From Patescibacteria group bacterium (GTDB taxonomy: Bacteria; Patescibacteriota; Patescibacteriia; PEXW01): a DNA stretch of 64,000 nt. The notes beneath the pieces are model-generated. The model was not told the origin of the DNA, made no database searches, and was given only the letters and a program-made list of their open reading frames with translations. This document shows positions 36,928-47,450 of this stretch, one piece after another. The position numbers and the translations under genes were made by a program. The DNA lies in contig JBBTVB010000002.1 in assembly GCA_038063455.1 (NCBI GenBank), positions 65,296 through 129,295 of the forward strand. Direction: 5' to 3'. How positions within the stretch are numbered: position 1 is the first letter of the stretch; each line of letters opens with the position of its first letter.

Positions 36928-36932
36928 TTCAA

Positions 36933-37289
36933 CTACATTTTAATTTCCACGTCAACCCCCGCAGGCAAGTTAAGATTCATGAGCGCGTCCACGGTCTTTG
37001 GCGTGGGGTCCAGCAAGTCCAGCAAGCGCTTGTGCGTGCGCATCTCGTACTGCTCGCGAGAATTCTTATGCGCGAACGAAGAACGGATAACGGTAAAGCG
37101 ATTCTTCTCCGTAGGCAGCGGGATTGGCCCTTTCACTGTTGCCCCTGTGCGCTTGGCCGTTTCGATAATCGTCAGAATAGACTGGTCGATAATCTTGTGG
37201 TCATAGCCACGAATACGGATGCGGATACGCTGGTGCGTTTCCTCTTCCGGGGCGGCGACAACGGGTTGTTGGAGTTCTTCGGCAGTCAT
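36933..37289 (-). CDS. rpsJ: 30S ribosomal protein S10
   Basis: [35 protein letters not shown]. Confidence 0.96.
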   Translation of the reverse strand: MTAEELQQPVVAAPEEETHQRIRIRIRGYDHKIIDQSILTIIETAKRTGATVKGPIPLPTEKNRFTVIRSSFAHKNSREQYEMRTHKRLLDLLDPTPKTVDALMNLNLPAGVDVEIKM

Positions 37290-37317
37290 GAAAGGGGCAA
37301 AGGTACGAAGGGATACA

Positions 37318-37352
37318 ACCTCGCCCCCGGAGCTTATCGGAGGGGGCGAGGT
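37318..37352 (-). terminator. 11-bp GC hairpin between tuf and rpsJ (weak T-run)
   Basis: ACCTCGCCCCC-N13-GGGGGCGAGGT. Confidence 0.4.
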
Positions 37353-37362
37353 CTAGGAAAAA

Positions 37363-38547
<1,185 letters not shown>

Positions 38548-38647
38548 GGTCGTAAACGTTAAGTGATAGATGAAGTTACGAAGGTATGGGAAAACTACAT
38601 TTCGAGGCAAAGGCGAGTATACCAAGGTGTTGCCATTACGTCAAATC

Positions 38648-40738
38648 CTACCTTGCGGCGGGCTGCCCGGCGGACTTTGCGATAATGCCTTCGGCAACGT
38701 TTCGAGGGGTTTCGGCGTAGTGGCTAAACTCCATGGAATAGGACGCCCGACCTTGGGTCATGGACCGAAGGGCAGTGGCGTAACCGAACATTTCGGCCAA
38801 GGGCACGTCGGCGTCGATAACCCGCATGTTGCCGCGGTCCCGCATTTCTTTAATTTGTGCTCGTTTGCTATTCAAATCACCAATCACGTCGCCCATGAAC
38901 GACTCGGGGGTAACTGCTTCCACTTTCATAATCGGCTCCAGTAAAATAGGTTTTGCCTTCTTAAAGGCAGCCTGAACAGCCATGGAACCGGCAATTTTAA
39001 AGGCCATTTCCGAAGAGTCCACATCGTGGTAGCTGCCGTCGGTAACTGTCACCTTGGCGTCAATAATGGGGAAACCGGCCAAAATGCCACGATCGAGGGC
39101 TTCCGCAATGCCGTTATTGATGGGCTTGATAAATTCTTTCGGGATAGCGCCGCCTTTGACGTCGTCCACAAATTCATAGCCTTTGCCTTTCTCATTGGGC
39201 TCAATGGTCACGGTGCAGTGCCCGTACTGGCCACGGCCGCCGGTCTGGCGGATGTACTTGCCTTCACCTTCGGCGCTGGCGGTAATGGTTTCTTTGTACG
39301 CCACCTGGGGTTTACCCACGTTGGCCTCCACTTTGAACTCACGCTTCATGCGGTCCACGATAATGTCCAAATGCAATTCACCCATGCCGGAAATGATGGT
39401 TTGGTTGGTTTCGTCGTTGAACTTCACGCGGAAGGTAGGATCTTCTTCAGCCAAACGCTGAATAGCCGTGCCCATTTTTTCCTGGTCGGCCTTGGTTTTG
39501 GGTTCGATCGCCAGGTCAATAACCGGCGTGGGGAAGACGATGGATTCGAGGATAACGTGGTGGTCAGGGTCGCAAATGGTGTGGCCGGTAAACGTCGTTT
39601 TTAGGCCGACAATGGCAGCAATTTCGCCGGCAAACACTTCCTGCACTTCTTCGCGATGGTTGGCATGCAGCCGGACAATACGACCCACGCGTTCTTTCTC
39701 GCCCGTGGTGGTGTTGTACACGTACGACCCAGACGTAAGCTTGCCGGCGTAGATGCGGAAAAAGGCCAGCTTGCCTACAAACGGGTCGGCAGCAATTTTA
39801 AAGACCAGGCCAGCAAAGGGCTTGGCGTCATCGGGCGGGCACATGATTTCTTCTCCCGTCTTGGGGTTTTTACCTTTCGCCGCTGGAATTTCGATCGGGT
39901 TTGGCAAGTAATCAACAACCGCGTCGAGCAGCAGCTGCACGCCTTTGTTCTTAAGCGCGGAACCGCACAAAACCGGCACGAGTGCGTTGGCGATGACGGC
40001 TTTGCGCAACGTGGCCTTGAGCTCTTCCATGGTCGGCTCTTTGCCGTCGAGGTACTGGTTCAACAGCTTCTCATCGTTCTCGACAATGGCTTCGATGAGT
40101 TTGTGGCGGTACTCTTCGACTTTCTCTTTCATGTCAGCCGGCACTTCGGTTTCTTGCACGTCTTTGCCCAGGTCGTCGTTGTAGATGTAGGCCTTGCGGG
40201 TGAAGAGGTCGATAACACCCAAGAAGGTCTCGGCTGCACCAATGGGCAGCTGCAATGGATGTGCGCGGGTGGTGAGGCGTTCGTGGATGCTCTTGAGGTC
40301 GTAGTAAAAATCCGCGCCCATGCGGTCCATTTTGTTGATAAAGCAAATGCGCGGCACGCCGAACTTTTCGGCTTGGTGCCACACGGTTTCGGACTGTGAC
40401 TCCACGCCAGCGACACCGTCAAAAACAACAACGCCGCCGTCGAGTACGCGCAAGCTGCGCTGCACTTCGACCGTGAAGTCAATGTGGCCTGGGGTGTCGA
40501 TAAGGTTAATTTGCTTGCCATTCCAGAAACAGGTGGTGGCCGCGGCGGTAATGGTGATGCCGCGTTCTTTTTCCTGCTCCATCCAGTCCATTTCGGCCGC
40601 GCCTTCGTGCACTTCGCCAATCTTGTGCTTCTTGCCCGTGTAAAACAAAATCCGCTCGGACACGGTGGTCTTGCCCGCGTCGATATGCGCGATAATCCCA
40701 ATGTTTCGAGTGTTTTCTAGGCTATATTCACGGGGCAT
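38648..40738 (-). CDS. fusA: elongation factor G
   Basis: [22 protein letters not shown], five-domain length. Confidence 0.97.
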   Translation of the reverse strand: MPREYSLENTRNIGIIAHIDAGKTTVSERILFYTGKKHKIGEVHEGAAEMDWMEQEKERGITITAAATTCFWNGKQINLIDTPGHIDFTVEVQRSLRVLDGGVVVFDGVAGVESQSETVWHQAEKFGVPRICFINKMDRMGADFYYDLKSIHERLTTRAHPLQLPIGAAETFLGVIDLFTRKAYIYNDDLGKDVQETEVPADMKEKVEEYRHKLIEAIVENDEKLLNQYLDGKEPTMEELKATLRKAVIANALVPVLCGSALKNKGVQLLLDAVVDYLPNPIEIPAAKGKNPKTGEEIMCPPDDAKPFAGLVFKIAADPFVGKLAFFRIYAGKLTSGSYVYNTTTGEKERVGRIVRLHANHREEVQEVFAGEIAAIVGLKTTFTGHTICDPDHHVILESIVFPTPVIDLAIEPKTKADQEKMGTAIQRLAEEDPTFRVKFNDETNQTIISGMGELHLDIIVDRMKREFKVEANVGKPQVAYKETITASAEGEGKYIRQTGGRGQYGHCTVTIEPNEKGKGYEFVDDVKGGAIPKEFIKPINNGIAEALDRGILAGFPIIDAKVTVTDGSYHDVDSSEMAFKIAGSMAVQAAFKKAKPILLEPIMKVEAVTPESFMGDVIGDLNSKRAQIKEMRDRGNMRVIDADVPLAEMFGYATALRSMTQGRASYSMEFSHYAETPRNVAEGIIAKSAGQPAAR

Positions 40739-40816
40739 ACAGTGTAGGAAAAAGGCTGGTTATAGAAATGGCGGCTCATGCGCCGCGAGATAAATGCCTA
40801 AAACGAAAAGGCGTGG

Positions 40817-41281
40817 CTAGGCAAAATGAGCAAATGCTCGGTTTGCTTCGGCCATTCGGTGAACATCAAGTTTTTTCTTGACCGCATCGCCTTCGTTATT
40901 CATAGCCGCCATAAGCTCGGCAGCCAACTTCTGCGCCATCGGCTTGCCTTTCTTGCCGCGGGCTGCTGCCAAAATCCAGCGGAAGGCCAAAGCTTGCCGG
41001 CGCTCGCCGCGAACTTCCATAGGCACTTGGTAGTTGGAGCCACCTACGCGCTTGGCTTTCACTTCGACCACTGGTGCAATGTTACGAATGGCCAGGTCAA
41101 AAGCTTCCAGCTGGGGCTTGCCGGTCTTCTCGTGCACGATATCGAGGGCTTGAAACACAATTTTCTGGGCCACAGTTTTCTTGCCGCGTTCCATAACGTA
41201 ATTGACGAACTTGGCCAACACCAAGCTCTTGTACTTGGGGTCAGGCAGAATCGTCCGTTTTGGAGCTTGTTTACCGCGCAT
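40817..41281 (-). CDS. rpsG: 30S ribosomal protein S7
   Basis: [30 protein letters not shown]. Confidence 0.96.
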   Translation of the reverse strand: MRGKQAPKRTILPDPKYKSLVLAKFVNYVMERGKKTVAQKIVFQALDIVHEKTGKPQLEAFDLAIRNIAPVVEVKAKRVGGSNYQVPMEVRGERRQALAFRWILAAARGKKGKPMAQKLAAELMAAMNNEGDAVKKKLDVHRMAEANRAFAHFA

Positions 41282-41284
41282 ATA

Positions 41285-41701
41285 TTACGAAGGTTTCTTG
41301 GCGCCGTAGAGACTGCGACCTTGCTTGCGATTAGCCACGCCCTGGGTGTCGTACACGCCGCGGACAATGTGGTAGCGTACACCCGGCAAGTCTTTCACGC
41401 GGCCACCGCGGATGAGCACGATGGAGTGTTCCTGCAAGTTGTGGCCAATACCTGGGATGTAGGCCGTCACTTCCATGCCATTCGACAAACGGACACGCGC
41501 GATCTTGCGGAGGGCGGAGTTTGGCTTTTTCGGGGTGGTGGTCGTCACTTTTACGCACACGCCACGCTTAAACGGACTGCCGGCCGGGAGTTCGTGGCGG
41601 TAGCGCTTGAGCGCGTTAAGCACCGGCTGGAGGGCCGGGGTCTTGGACTTGCGGCGGGCGTTGAAGCGCCCTTTGCGTACGAGTTGATTAACGGTAGGCA
41701 T
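41285..41701 (-). CDS. rpsL: 30S ribosomal protein S12
   Basis: [37 protein letters not shown]. Confidence 0.97.
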   Translation of the reverse strand: MPTVNQLVRKGRFNARRKSKTPALQPVLNALKRYRHELPAGSPFKRGVCVKVTTTTPKKPNSALRKIARVRLSNGMEVTAYIPGIGHNLQEHSIVLIRGGRVKDLPGVRYHIVRGVYDTQGVANRKQGRSLYGAKKPS

Positions 41702-41789
41702 TTTTAGGTAGAAGCAAATGACCGCGGTGGTGGCTGGCCCCGCTGTCGAATGAAACGTTGGGGAAAAACACGAGGTTCAAGCAGGTGAG

Positions 41790-41818
41790 AGCGTACCATG
41801 CTCCCCCGTCCACGTCAA
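41790..41818 (-). promoter_or_regulatory. candidate sigma70-like promoter of the str operon (TTGACG-N17-TACGCT)
   Basis: hexamers and 17-nt spacing read on the minus strand, about 85 nt upstream of rpsL. Confidence 0.4.
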
Positions 41819-41852
41819 CCCCGCACCACCTTTTCAAAAAGGTGGTGCGGGG
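41819..41852. repeat. palindromic hairpin CCCCGCACCACCTTTT-CA-AAAAGGTGGTGCGGGG
   Basis: perfect 16-nt arms; directly downstream of the M50 protease stop; family member. Confidence 0.9.
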
Positions 41853-41863
41853 TCAAGGCTGGG

Positions 41864-42493
41864 CTAGGGGGTAATCAACCGAAAAGCAAAACTCTCAACC
41901 GCTTGGAAAATTGGCCCGAGCACCGGCTGGCCAAACACGATAATAAACAGCAAGATGACAAAACCATAGCGCTGGATGGTTTCCACCAGCCCGACATATT
42001 GCTGGGGCAGCAACGTCAAGAGCTTGGAGCCGTCCAGCGGCGGGATCGGCAAGAGGTTGAAGAGCATAAGCACGACATTGAATTGCACCAAAAGTGCCAA
42101 AAACGTGAGCAAAAGGTTATCGACGGGCAAGTTGGCATACTGCAGCACTAGCCGCATGATAATCCCGAAAAAAACCAAGCCGAGCAGGTTGGATGCTGGG
42201 CCAGCTAGGGAAACGAGCGACGGCCCCCAACGCTTGGCTTTGAGGTTGTAGGGGTTAAACGGCACCGGCTTGCCCCAACCAAACCCAAACAGGACGAGGA
42301 CGAGAAACCCCATAGGGTCCACGTGCGAGAGCGGGTTAAGTGTGACGCGCCCTTCGAGGTCAGCGGTACTATCCCCTTGCAGTTTGGCCACCAGGGCGTG
42401 GCTAAATTCGTGGATGGTGATAGCGACGATGATTGCGGCTACCCAGGCCAGGGCAACCGCAGGATCGGAGAAAAGAATGTTGAGGAAGTTCAT
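41864..42493 (-). CDS. site-2 protease family (M50) zinc metalloprotease
   Basis: HEFSHALVA zinc motif in a TM helix, NLLPIPPLDG motif; start at ATG 42493 because the track N-terminus is translated hairpin. Confidence 0.85.
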   Translation of the reverse strand: MNFLNILFSDPAVALAWVAAIIVAITIHEFSHALVAKLQGDSTADLEGRVTLNPLSHVDPMGFLVLVLFGFGWGKPVPFNPYNLKAKRWGPSLVSLAGPASNLLGLVFFGIIMRLVLQYANLPVDNLLLTFLALLVQFNVVLMLFNLLPIPPLDGSKLLTLLPQQYVGLVETIQRYGFVILLFIIVFGQPVLGPIFQAVESFAFRLITP

Positions 42494-42502
42494 AAGAGGC
42501 TT

Positions 42503-42540
42503 GCCCAGCACCACTTTTTGAAAATAAAGTGGTGCTGGGC
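42503..42540. repeat. palindromic hairpin GCCCAGCACCACTT-N10-AAGTGGTGCTGGGC
   Basis: perfect 14-bp stem; 11 nt (CCCAGCACCAC) identical to the GIY-YIG inverted repeat. Confidence 0.9.
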
Positions 42541-42598
42541 TTGTCAGGATGAAGGGATTCTGGTAGGCTACGAACCACTGCACTCCCAACTATACCGT

Positions 42599-42778
42599 AT
42601 GGCCCGAACCTGCACCATCTGTGGACGCGGCAGCCTGAAAGGCAACCAGCGCAGCCACTCTAAAATCGCTACCATCAAACGGCAGCACGTCAACATTCAA
42701 ACCGTCTTCAAGGGCGGCGTGCGGGTTGATGCGTGCACGTCCTGCATCCGCACCGTAGCGCACCAAGCCAGTAAGTAG
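42599..42778 (+). CDS. rpmB: 50S ribosomal protein L28 (59 aa)
   Basis: MARTCTICGRGSLKGNQRSHSKIATIKRQHVNIQ...CTSCIR; internal ATG of track ORF 42323..42778. Confidence 0.9.
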   Translation: MARTCTICGRGSLKGNQRSHSKIATIKRQHVNIQTVFKGGVRVDACTSCIRTVAHQASK

Positions 42779-42797
42779 AAGCTAGTTGTTGCGTGCT

Positions 42798-42820
42798 CCG
42801 GCCAAAAGCCGGCTTTTTCT
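42798..42820 (+). terminator. rho-independent terminator
   Basis: CCGGC-caaaa-GCCGG followed by CTTTTTCTT. Confidence 0.55.
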
Positions 42821-42882
42821 TGACCAAAAATTACTAAAGCAGTAAGGTTGCTTGAAACAAAAAAACTGAAGGTGAGGTATAC

Positions 42883-43461
42883 ATGAACTCTTTCTGGAGT
42901 TGGATCGAAGAGTTCTTTGAAACTCATGATGATATTCCCCCCAAAGCCGTTAATGCAATTATCGCTGTTGGTTGTGACGTTTCAGCCGATGGTACTGGAC
43001 CGAGTCCCATGTCCCGCGCGATAGCTGAAAGAGTACTCGAACTTTCACAAACACATCCGAATAAGTGCATGATTTTTGCTGGTGGGTATCGTTACCCAGC
43101 GGCTAGTCAAAACCCATGCGAATCAGTGCACATGTATAACGTCATCAGTCGTCGCGCGCCAATTGCAGATATTCAGATAGAAACTGAAAGTAACCGGACG
43201 TATTTGAACGCTGACGAGACCTTAAAAATTATGCATAGTTTGAGCTATACGTCAGCAATTGTAGTTGCTCAGCAATGGCACGCGCGGCGCGTGCGGGCAA
43301 CGTTTCGAAAACGTTGGAAAGACAAAGGCATACGCATCTACGTAATCAAAGCCCGCTCAACCTATGGTGCTTGCTCGCAAAAACGGCTTCACCATTTCGT
43401 AAAGTTTGTTCTTTGGGACACCCTGGCCTACCTGTACGGGATTTTGAAGGGCTACAACTAG
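42883..43461 (+). CDS. DUF218/YdcF-like protein
   Basis: AIIAVG...IFAGGYRY...ESNRTYLNA...VVAQQWHARR matches the DUF218 (SanA/YdcF) pattern; GAAGGTGAGG SD. Confidence 0.65.
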   Translation: MNSFWSWIEEFFETHDDIPPKAVNAIIAVGCDVSADGTGPSPMSRAIAERVLELSQTHPNKCMIFAGGYRYPAASQNPCESVHMYNVISRRAPIADIQIETESNRTYLNADETLKIMHSLSYTSAIVVAQQWHARRVRATFRKRWKDKGIRIYVIKARSTYGACSQKRLHHFVKFVLWDTLAYLYGILKGYN

Positions 43462-43466
43462 GCCCT

Positions 43467-43503
43467 ACTGGCATCAATAATTTTGATGCCAGTATTTTTT
43501 ATT
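43467..43503. terminator. bidirectional terminator
   Basis: ACTGGCATCA-N7-TGATGCCAGT followed by ATTTTTTATT. Confidence 0.7.
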
Positions 43504-44242
43504 TGCCTAAAAATGCCACGAGCCCCTCGGGCCGAAGCAACGGCCAGTCGTGCACACCCGGCACCCGGTGGAGCGTCGCCTGCGGTATGGCAGCAACAAG
43601 CTCTTCGCCAACGCTCACGGGTACAAAGGTGTCCTGCTCGCCCCACAGAATGGTGACCGGCACCGAAATGTTCTTTGCTTCTTCGCGCACGTCAAGGTGC
43701 TTGCACTCATCCGCCAAACGAAAAAGGTCCCGCGTATTACGCGCAAGGTTGTAGCCAAAGGGCTTTACAACGTTCTGCATGTACTTGTGCGGTGCATGCG
43801 CAATATTCTGCAATTCTTTTTGCAGCCACTGCACGTTCCAGCCTGTAGCCGTGCGCGCAATTGGGGCGCCGAGCGGATCGATGAGGATAAGCTTGCGCAG
43901 CACCCCAGCCGGCAACTGTGCAGCTGCCACCATAGCCACCGCCCCGCCGAACGAATGGCCGACGAGAGTGGCGTCCTGCAAGCCGAGATGCAGAATCCAG
44001 TCTGAATATAATTTGCCAAAATCTTGCACCCCAAAATCTGGTCGTGGCATGGCTTGGGATTTGCCGTGCCCGACGAGGGAGGGTGTGTACACATGGTGTT
44101 GCTGCGCGAGTAACTCACGAAGATGCCGCGTGCCGCCAGCATGCACGCTCCAACCGTGCAAAAAGACCAACGGCTCCCCTGCCCCAGCGCTATAGCTGTG
44201 GATGTGCAGACCGTTGACGTGGTGGGAGTGCTCGGTGTGCAT
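43499..44242 (-). CDS. alpha/beta-fold hydrolase
   Basis: HGW oxyanion region, GHSFGG nucleophile elbow, C-terminal HD..P. Confidence 0.8.
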   Translation of the reverse strand: MHTEHSHHVNGLHIHSYSAGAGEPLVFLHGWSVHAGGTRHLRELLAQQHHVYTPSLVGHGKSQAMPRPDFGVQDFGKLYSDWILHLGLQDATLVGHSFGGAVAMVAAAQLPAGVLRKLILIDPLGAPIARTATGWNVQWLQKELQNIAHAPHKYMQNVVKPFGYNLARNTRDLFRLADECKHLDVREEAKNISVPVTILWGEQDTFVPVSVGEELVAAIPQATLHRVPGVHDWPLLRPEGLVAFLGK

Positions 44243-44329
44243 GTCTTTATCTTACAGGCCTTGACGTTGATACACCACTATGGCAGTCTCAAACAAAACC
44301 ATAACCAAACCCAGAATGGAGAACAGGTC

Positions 44330-45052
44330 ATGTCAAATGTACTTGAACAAAATGCCATACAGAAACTAGCGGAAAGACTGCGAGACCAAACGGGTCAGCC
44401 AGTACTTATCTTGGTAGAATGCCAAGTGCCATCGGAAACTGAAGAATTTTTTTCTCCTCGCGTGCCGCTAGATAGAAAAAGTGACTCTTTAGACAATGTA
44501 CGAGGCAAAGCTTTTGGTGTACTGAATGGTGAAACGCTAACTGTGGACAACGAAAATCATCCAGGATTACTTGGCATACCAGTATCGTGCTGTAGCACAA
44601 AGATGAACTTGCGTGATGATATTACTGTTCAGCATGGTCATTTCTGGCTAAGCGGAATTGGCAAAGACCTCATGGTAAATAGCAACACCTATGCCACCGT
44701 ACTCATCGGCGCACAAGAAATAGGCGAATGGTTACATGAAAACCGTCACCATCCCTTCTCGCGAACCTCTAAAGAATTACTGGAAATATGCGCTCTGGCA
44801 CGAAGGCTACAAGTCAGCCTCCAACAATGGGGGCCTATATATAGTGTCGTTGAAAAAACAGTCAAAAGGCTGCGGGCTGATGCCGAAGAAAGTAAACGTA
44901 CACTTCATGAATCTGCAATGAAAATGCTCGGGGAGACAAAAAAAGTGAATTTCTCCGCAATTGACAGCTATTCAGAGATCAGTAAAGATGTACTACAACT
45001 TACGGGTGAAGCGCTCCCTAAGTTGGAACTGCAGCTCACCTTGACTACGTAA
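44330..45052 (+). CDS. hypothetical protein (240 aa), lower-GC ORFan
   Basis: ATG after a GGAGAA SD; no family recognised. Confidence 0.5.
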   Translation: MSNVLEQNAIQKLAERLRDQTGQPVLILVECQVPSETEEFFSPRVPLDRKSDSLDNVRGKAFGVLNGETLTVDNENHPGLLGIPVSCCSTKMNLRDDITVQHGHFWLSGIGKDLMVNSNTYATVLIGAQEIGEWLHENRHHPFSRTSKELLEICALARRLQVSLQQWGPIYSVVEKTVKRLRADAEESKRTLHESAMKMLGETKKVNFSAIDSYSEISKDVLQLTGEALPKLELQLTLTT

Positions 45053-45075
45053 AAAACCAAAACATTGCCTTGCCT

Positions 45076-45104
45076 AGAGGCCGACTAATACTCGGCCTCT
45101 TTTG
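45076..45104 (+). terminator. rho-independent terminator
   Basis: AGAGGCCGA-ctaatac-TCGGCCTCT followed by TTT. Confidence 0.65.
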
Positions 45105-45111
45105 CTATACT
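45103..45111 (+). promoter_or_regulatory. extended -10 promoter TGCTATACT; predicts a leaderless transcript
   Basis: TGnTATACT; the ATG at 45118 lies 7 nt after the -10. Confidence 0.45.
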
Positions 45112-45117
45112 CAGACT

Positions 45118-45585
45118 ATGCCCAACAAGTTGCTTACCTTAGTCCTTCCCTTGTCAGATAGTCGCCTGCTCTTAGGCATGAAAAAACGTGGATTTGGTGC
45201 TGGTCGCTGGAATGGGTTTGGTGGCAAGGTGGAAGCGGGAGAAAGCATCGAAGCCGGAGCCAAACGGGAAATACAGGAAGAGGCCGGCATAATTGTTCAT
45301 ACGCTGCATGCGGTTGGCGTGTTGCTGTTTAGCTTTGCAGGCCAAGAACAAACATTGGAAGTGCACGTTTTTACCGCAACCACATGGCAAGGCGAGCCGC
45401 AAGAAACCGAAGAAATGCGGCCGCAGTGGTTTGACTTTGACGCTATCCCGTACCAAGAAATGTGGTTGGATGACAAACACTGGCTGCCACTGGTGCTCGA
45501 TGGGAAACACATTCGCGGAATTTTCCATTTTCAAGATCAACAACACTTACTTTCATACCAGGTTGAAGTTGTACCCACTCTATGA
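45118..45585 (+). CDS. NUDIX hydrolase, MutT/MTH1-like
   Basis: GFGAGRWNGFGGKVEAGESIEAGAKREIQEEAGI Nudix box; the track start at 45070 is a TTG inside the terminator. Confidence 0.88.
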   Translation: MPNKLLTLVLPLSDSRLLLGMKKRGFGAGRWNGFGGKVEAGESIEAGAKREIQEEAGIIVHTLHAVGVLLFSFAGQEQTLEVHVFTATTWQGEPQETEEMRPQWFDFDAIPYQEMWLDDKHWLPLVLDGKHIRGIFHFQDQQHLLSYQVEVVPTL

Positions 45586-46040
45586 CTATACCCATGTGGC
45601 CGCTTATACCGTTCACGCTTATCACCGCCAGCCTGCACGCCTGGATGGAAATTGAAATTGAAGGACCGCATGGCTGGGCATCAAAACTTCCAACTGCACC
45701 TTTTGATAATGCAATTACGCGTATTCTGTTTGGCTCCCCGATTACGCGCTACCACGTGGCCATGGCCCTTACCATCCTGTCCTTTGCGCATATTCCGATC
45801 CTCTTCGTCCAGCCATGGTCAGTGGCAAATGAACTCATCATTGTCGGCTACACCATCTTGCACCTGACGCTGGAAGACTTTTTGTGGTTTGTCTTTAACC
45901 CGGCGTTCGGACTGCGCAAATTCAAACGCGAGCATATCTGGTGGCACAAGCGCTGGTTTCTCAAGCTGCCGCTGGGGTACTGGCTGGCCACGCCCATTGC
46001 CGTCTTCTTGATTTTGGTGGGCATGGATAAAATTTTATGA
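45582..46040 (+). CDS. hypothetical membrane protein (152 aa)
   Basis: 4 hydrophobic helices; ATGA overlaps on both sides imply an operon with the neighbours. Confidence 0.55.
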   Translation: MTIPMWPLIPFTLITASLHAWMEIEIEGPHGWASKLPTAPFDNAITRILFGSPITRYHVAMALTILSFAHIPILFVQPWSVANELIIVGYTILHLTLEDFLWFVFNPAFGLRKFKREHIWWHKRWFLKLPLGYWLATPIAVFLILVGMDKIL

Positions 46041-47284
46041 CCAAGAATACCCGCTCAGTACTTATCGTTGGCAGCATTGTTGTGCTTGCAGCAGCGGGCT
46101 ATGGCGCGTACTTTGCCTACCGCAATTTGCGCGGGGCCGGCCCGGCGATTAAACCGCTGTCGGCTGACATTACCGAACTGCTCAATGTCAACACATCTGG
46201 CAACACCAATACCAGCACAAATGTCAGCACGCAAGTGACGCGCAACACGACCGGCTTCCCACTCACGCTCCCAGCAGGGTACAGCATTCGCGTGCTGGAA
46301 AAAAACCTGCCCAGTGCTCGCGACATTGCCTTGGATAGCAATGGCAATGTCTGGGTGAGCCAGCTTGCAGAGGGTAAAGTAGTACGTTTGGATATGCAGA
46401 ATGACAGCGTAACGAAAAAAAATGAAGTATTTACCGGCCTGGGCAACCCGCACGGTTTGGCGTTTGATCCGGCTGACCCGAAGATGCTGTACGTTGCGCA
46501 GGAACGCAGCCTCTCCCGCGCTGAGGTGAGCGAGCCGACGCCGAAGTTGCAAAAAATTCTGGACTTGCCCAACGGCAACAACCACAACCGCCGAACCTTA
46601 GCTTTTGGTCCGGATGGCAAGTTGTACGTAAGCATTGGCTCAACCTGTAACGTGTGTAAGGAAGACGATGCACGGAGTGCGACGGTCTATTCCCTCAACA
46701 AAGATGGTAGCGACTTCAAGGTTTTTGCTACCGGCCTGCGCAATGCAGCGTTCTTAGCCATCCGCCCGGCCGACGGTAAACTCTGGGCCACAGAAAATGG
46801 CCGCGACCTTATTGGCGACGATATCCCGCCGGATGAAGTGAACATTGTGGAACACGGCAAGTTCTACGGTTGGCCGTACTGCTACGGCAAGAATGTTCAG
46901 GATACCAGCTTTGACCGCTCGAGCAGCGCCAAGGAGCGTTGCACCAGTGCCACACCGTCGCACATTAATCTGCAGGCTCACTCTGCACCACTGGGCTTAG
47001 CCTTTATTCCCGATACCGAGGCCTGGCCCGCTGATTGGCGCGGGGACTTGCTGGTCGCTTTCCATGGTTCCTGGAATCGGACAGACCCAACGGGTTACAT
47101 GCTCGTACGCATCGATATCAACGCGGATGGGTCAGCAGGTGAAACCTATACGTTCATTTCCGGCTGGCTTACCAAGGCTGGTGGCGCGCTGGGCCGGCCG
47201 GTGGACGTACTGCCGACGGAGGATGGGAAGCTCTATATCACTGACGATAAAGCTGGCCTGGTGTACATCGTGGAAAAATCCTAA
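46037..47284 (+). CDS. PQQ-dependent sugar (glucose/sorbosone) dehydrogenase-like beta-propeller, membrane-anchored
   Basis: GLGNPHGLAFDP, LAFGPDGKLYVSIGS, ENGRDLIGDDIPPDEVN, GWPYCYG motifs. Confidence 0.8.
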   Translation: MTKNTRSVLIVGSIVVLAAAGYGAYFAYRNLRGAGPAIKPLSADITELLNVNTSGNTNTSTNVSTQVTRNTTGFPLTLPAGYSIRVLEKNLPSARDIALDSNGNVWVSQLAEGKVVRLDMQNDSVTKKNEVFTGLGNPHGLAFDPADPKMLYVAQERSLSRAEVSEPTPKLQKILDLPNGNNHNRRTLAFGPDGKLYVSIGSTCNVCKEDDARSATVYSLNKDGSDFKVFATGLRNAAFLAIRPADGKLWATENGRDLIGDDIPPDEVNIVEHGKFYGWPYCYGKNVQDTSFDRSSSAKERCTSATPSHINLQAHSAPLGLAFIPDTEAWPADWRGDLLVAFHGSWNRTDPTGYMLVRIDINADGSAGETYTFISGWLTKAGGALGRPVDVLPTEDGKLYITDDKAGLVYIVEKS

Positions 47285-47307
47285 CATGGGTTTACTTTGC
47301 TGAGTCA

Positions 47308-47336
47308 CTGGGGTACAATGCCCCAGCTTTTCTTTC
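47308..47336 (+). terminator. rho-independent terminator
   Basis: CTGGGG-tacaatg-CCCCAG followed by CTTTTCTTTC. Confidence 0.6.
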
Positions 47337-47388
47337 ACTTTGTGTGTCTGGGTCGGGGTGTGGCGCAGTTGGTAGCGCGCTTGCATGG

Positions 47389-47420
47389 CCCCGCACCATT
47401 CGCTCCGCTTAGGTGCGGGG
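47389..47420. repeat. hairpin H1 CCCCGCACC-N14-GGTGCGGGG inside the anticodon loop of the outer tRNA-Pro copy
   Basis: perfect 9-bp stem; arms identical to H2 and to the first 9 nt of the 41819 hairpin. Confidence 0.9.
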
Positions 47421-47450
47421 TATAGGTGCAAGATTCTCATCTCGCTGGGT

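Noticed and set aside
38548-38625. N-terminal extensions of track ORFs (tuf to 38625, ligA to 53882, rplE to 31142, gatC to 51724, adk to 25953, M50 protease to 42589, exonuclease to 18428, NUDIX from 45070, response regulator to 49916)
   Set aside because: The extensions precede the conserved N-termini, often use TTG, overlap upstream genes, or translate repeat or terminator hairpins. Internal ATG starts fit homologous N-termini and gene spacing better.
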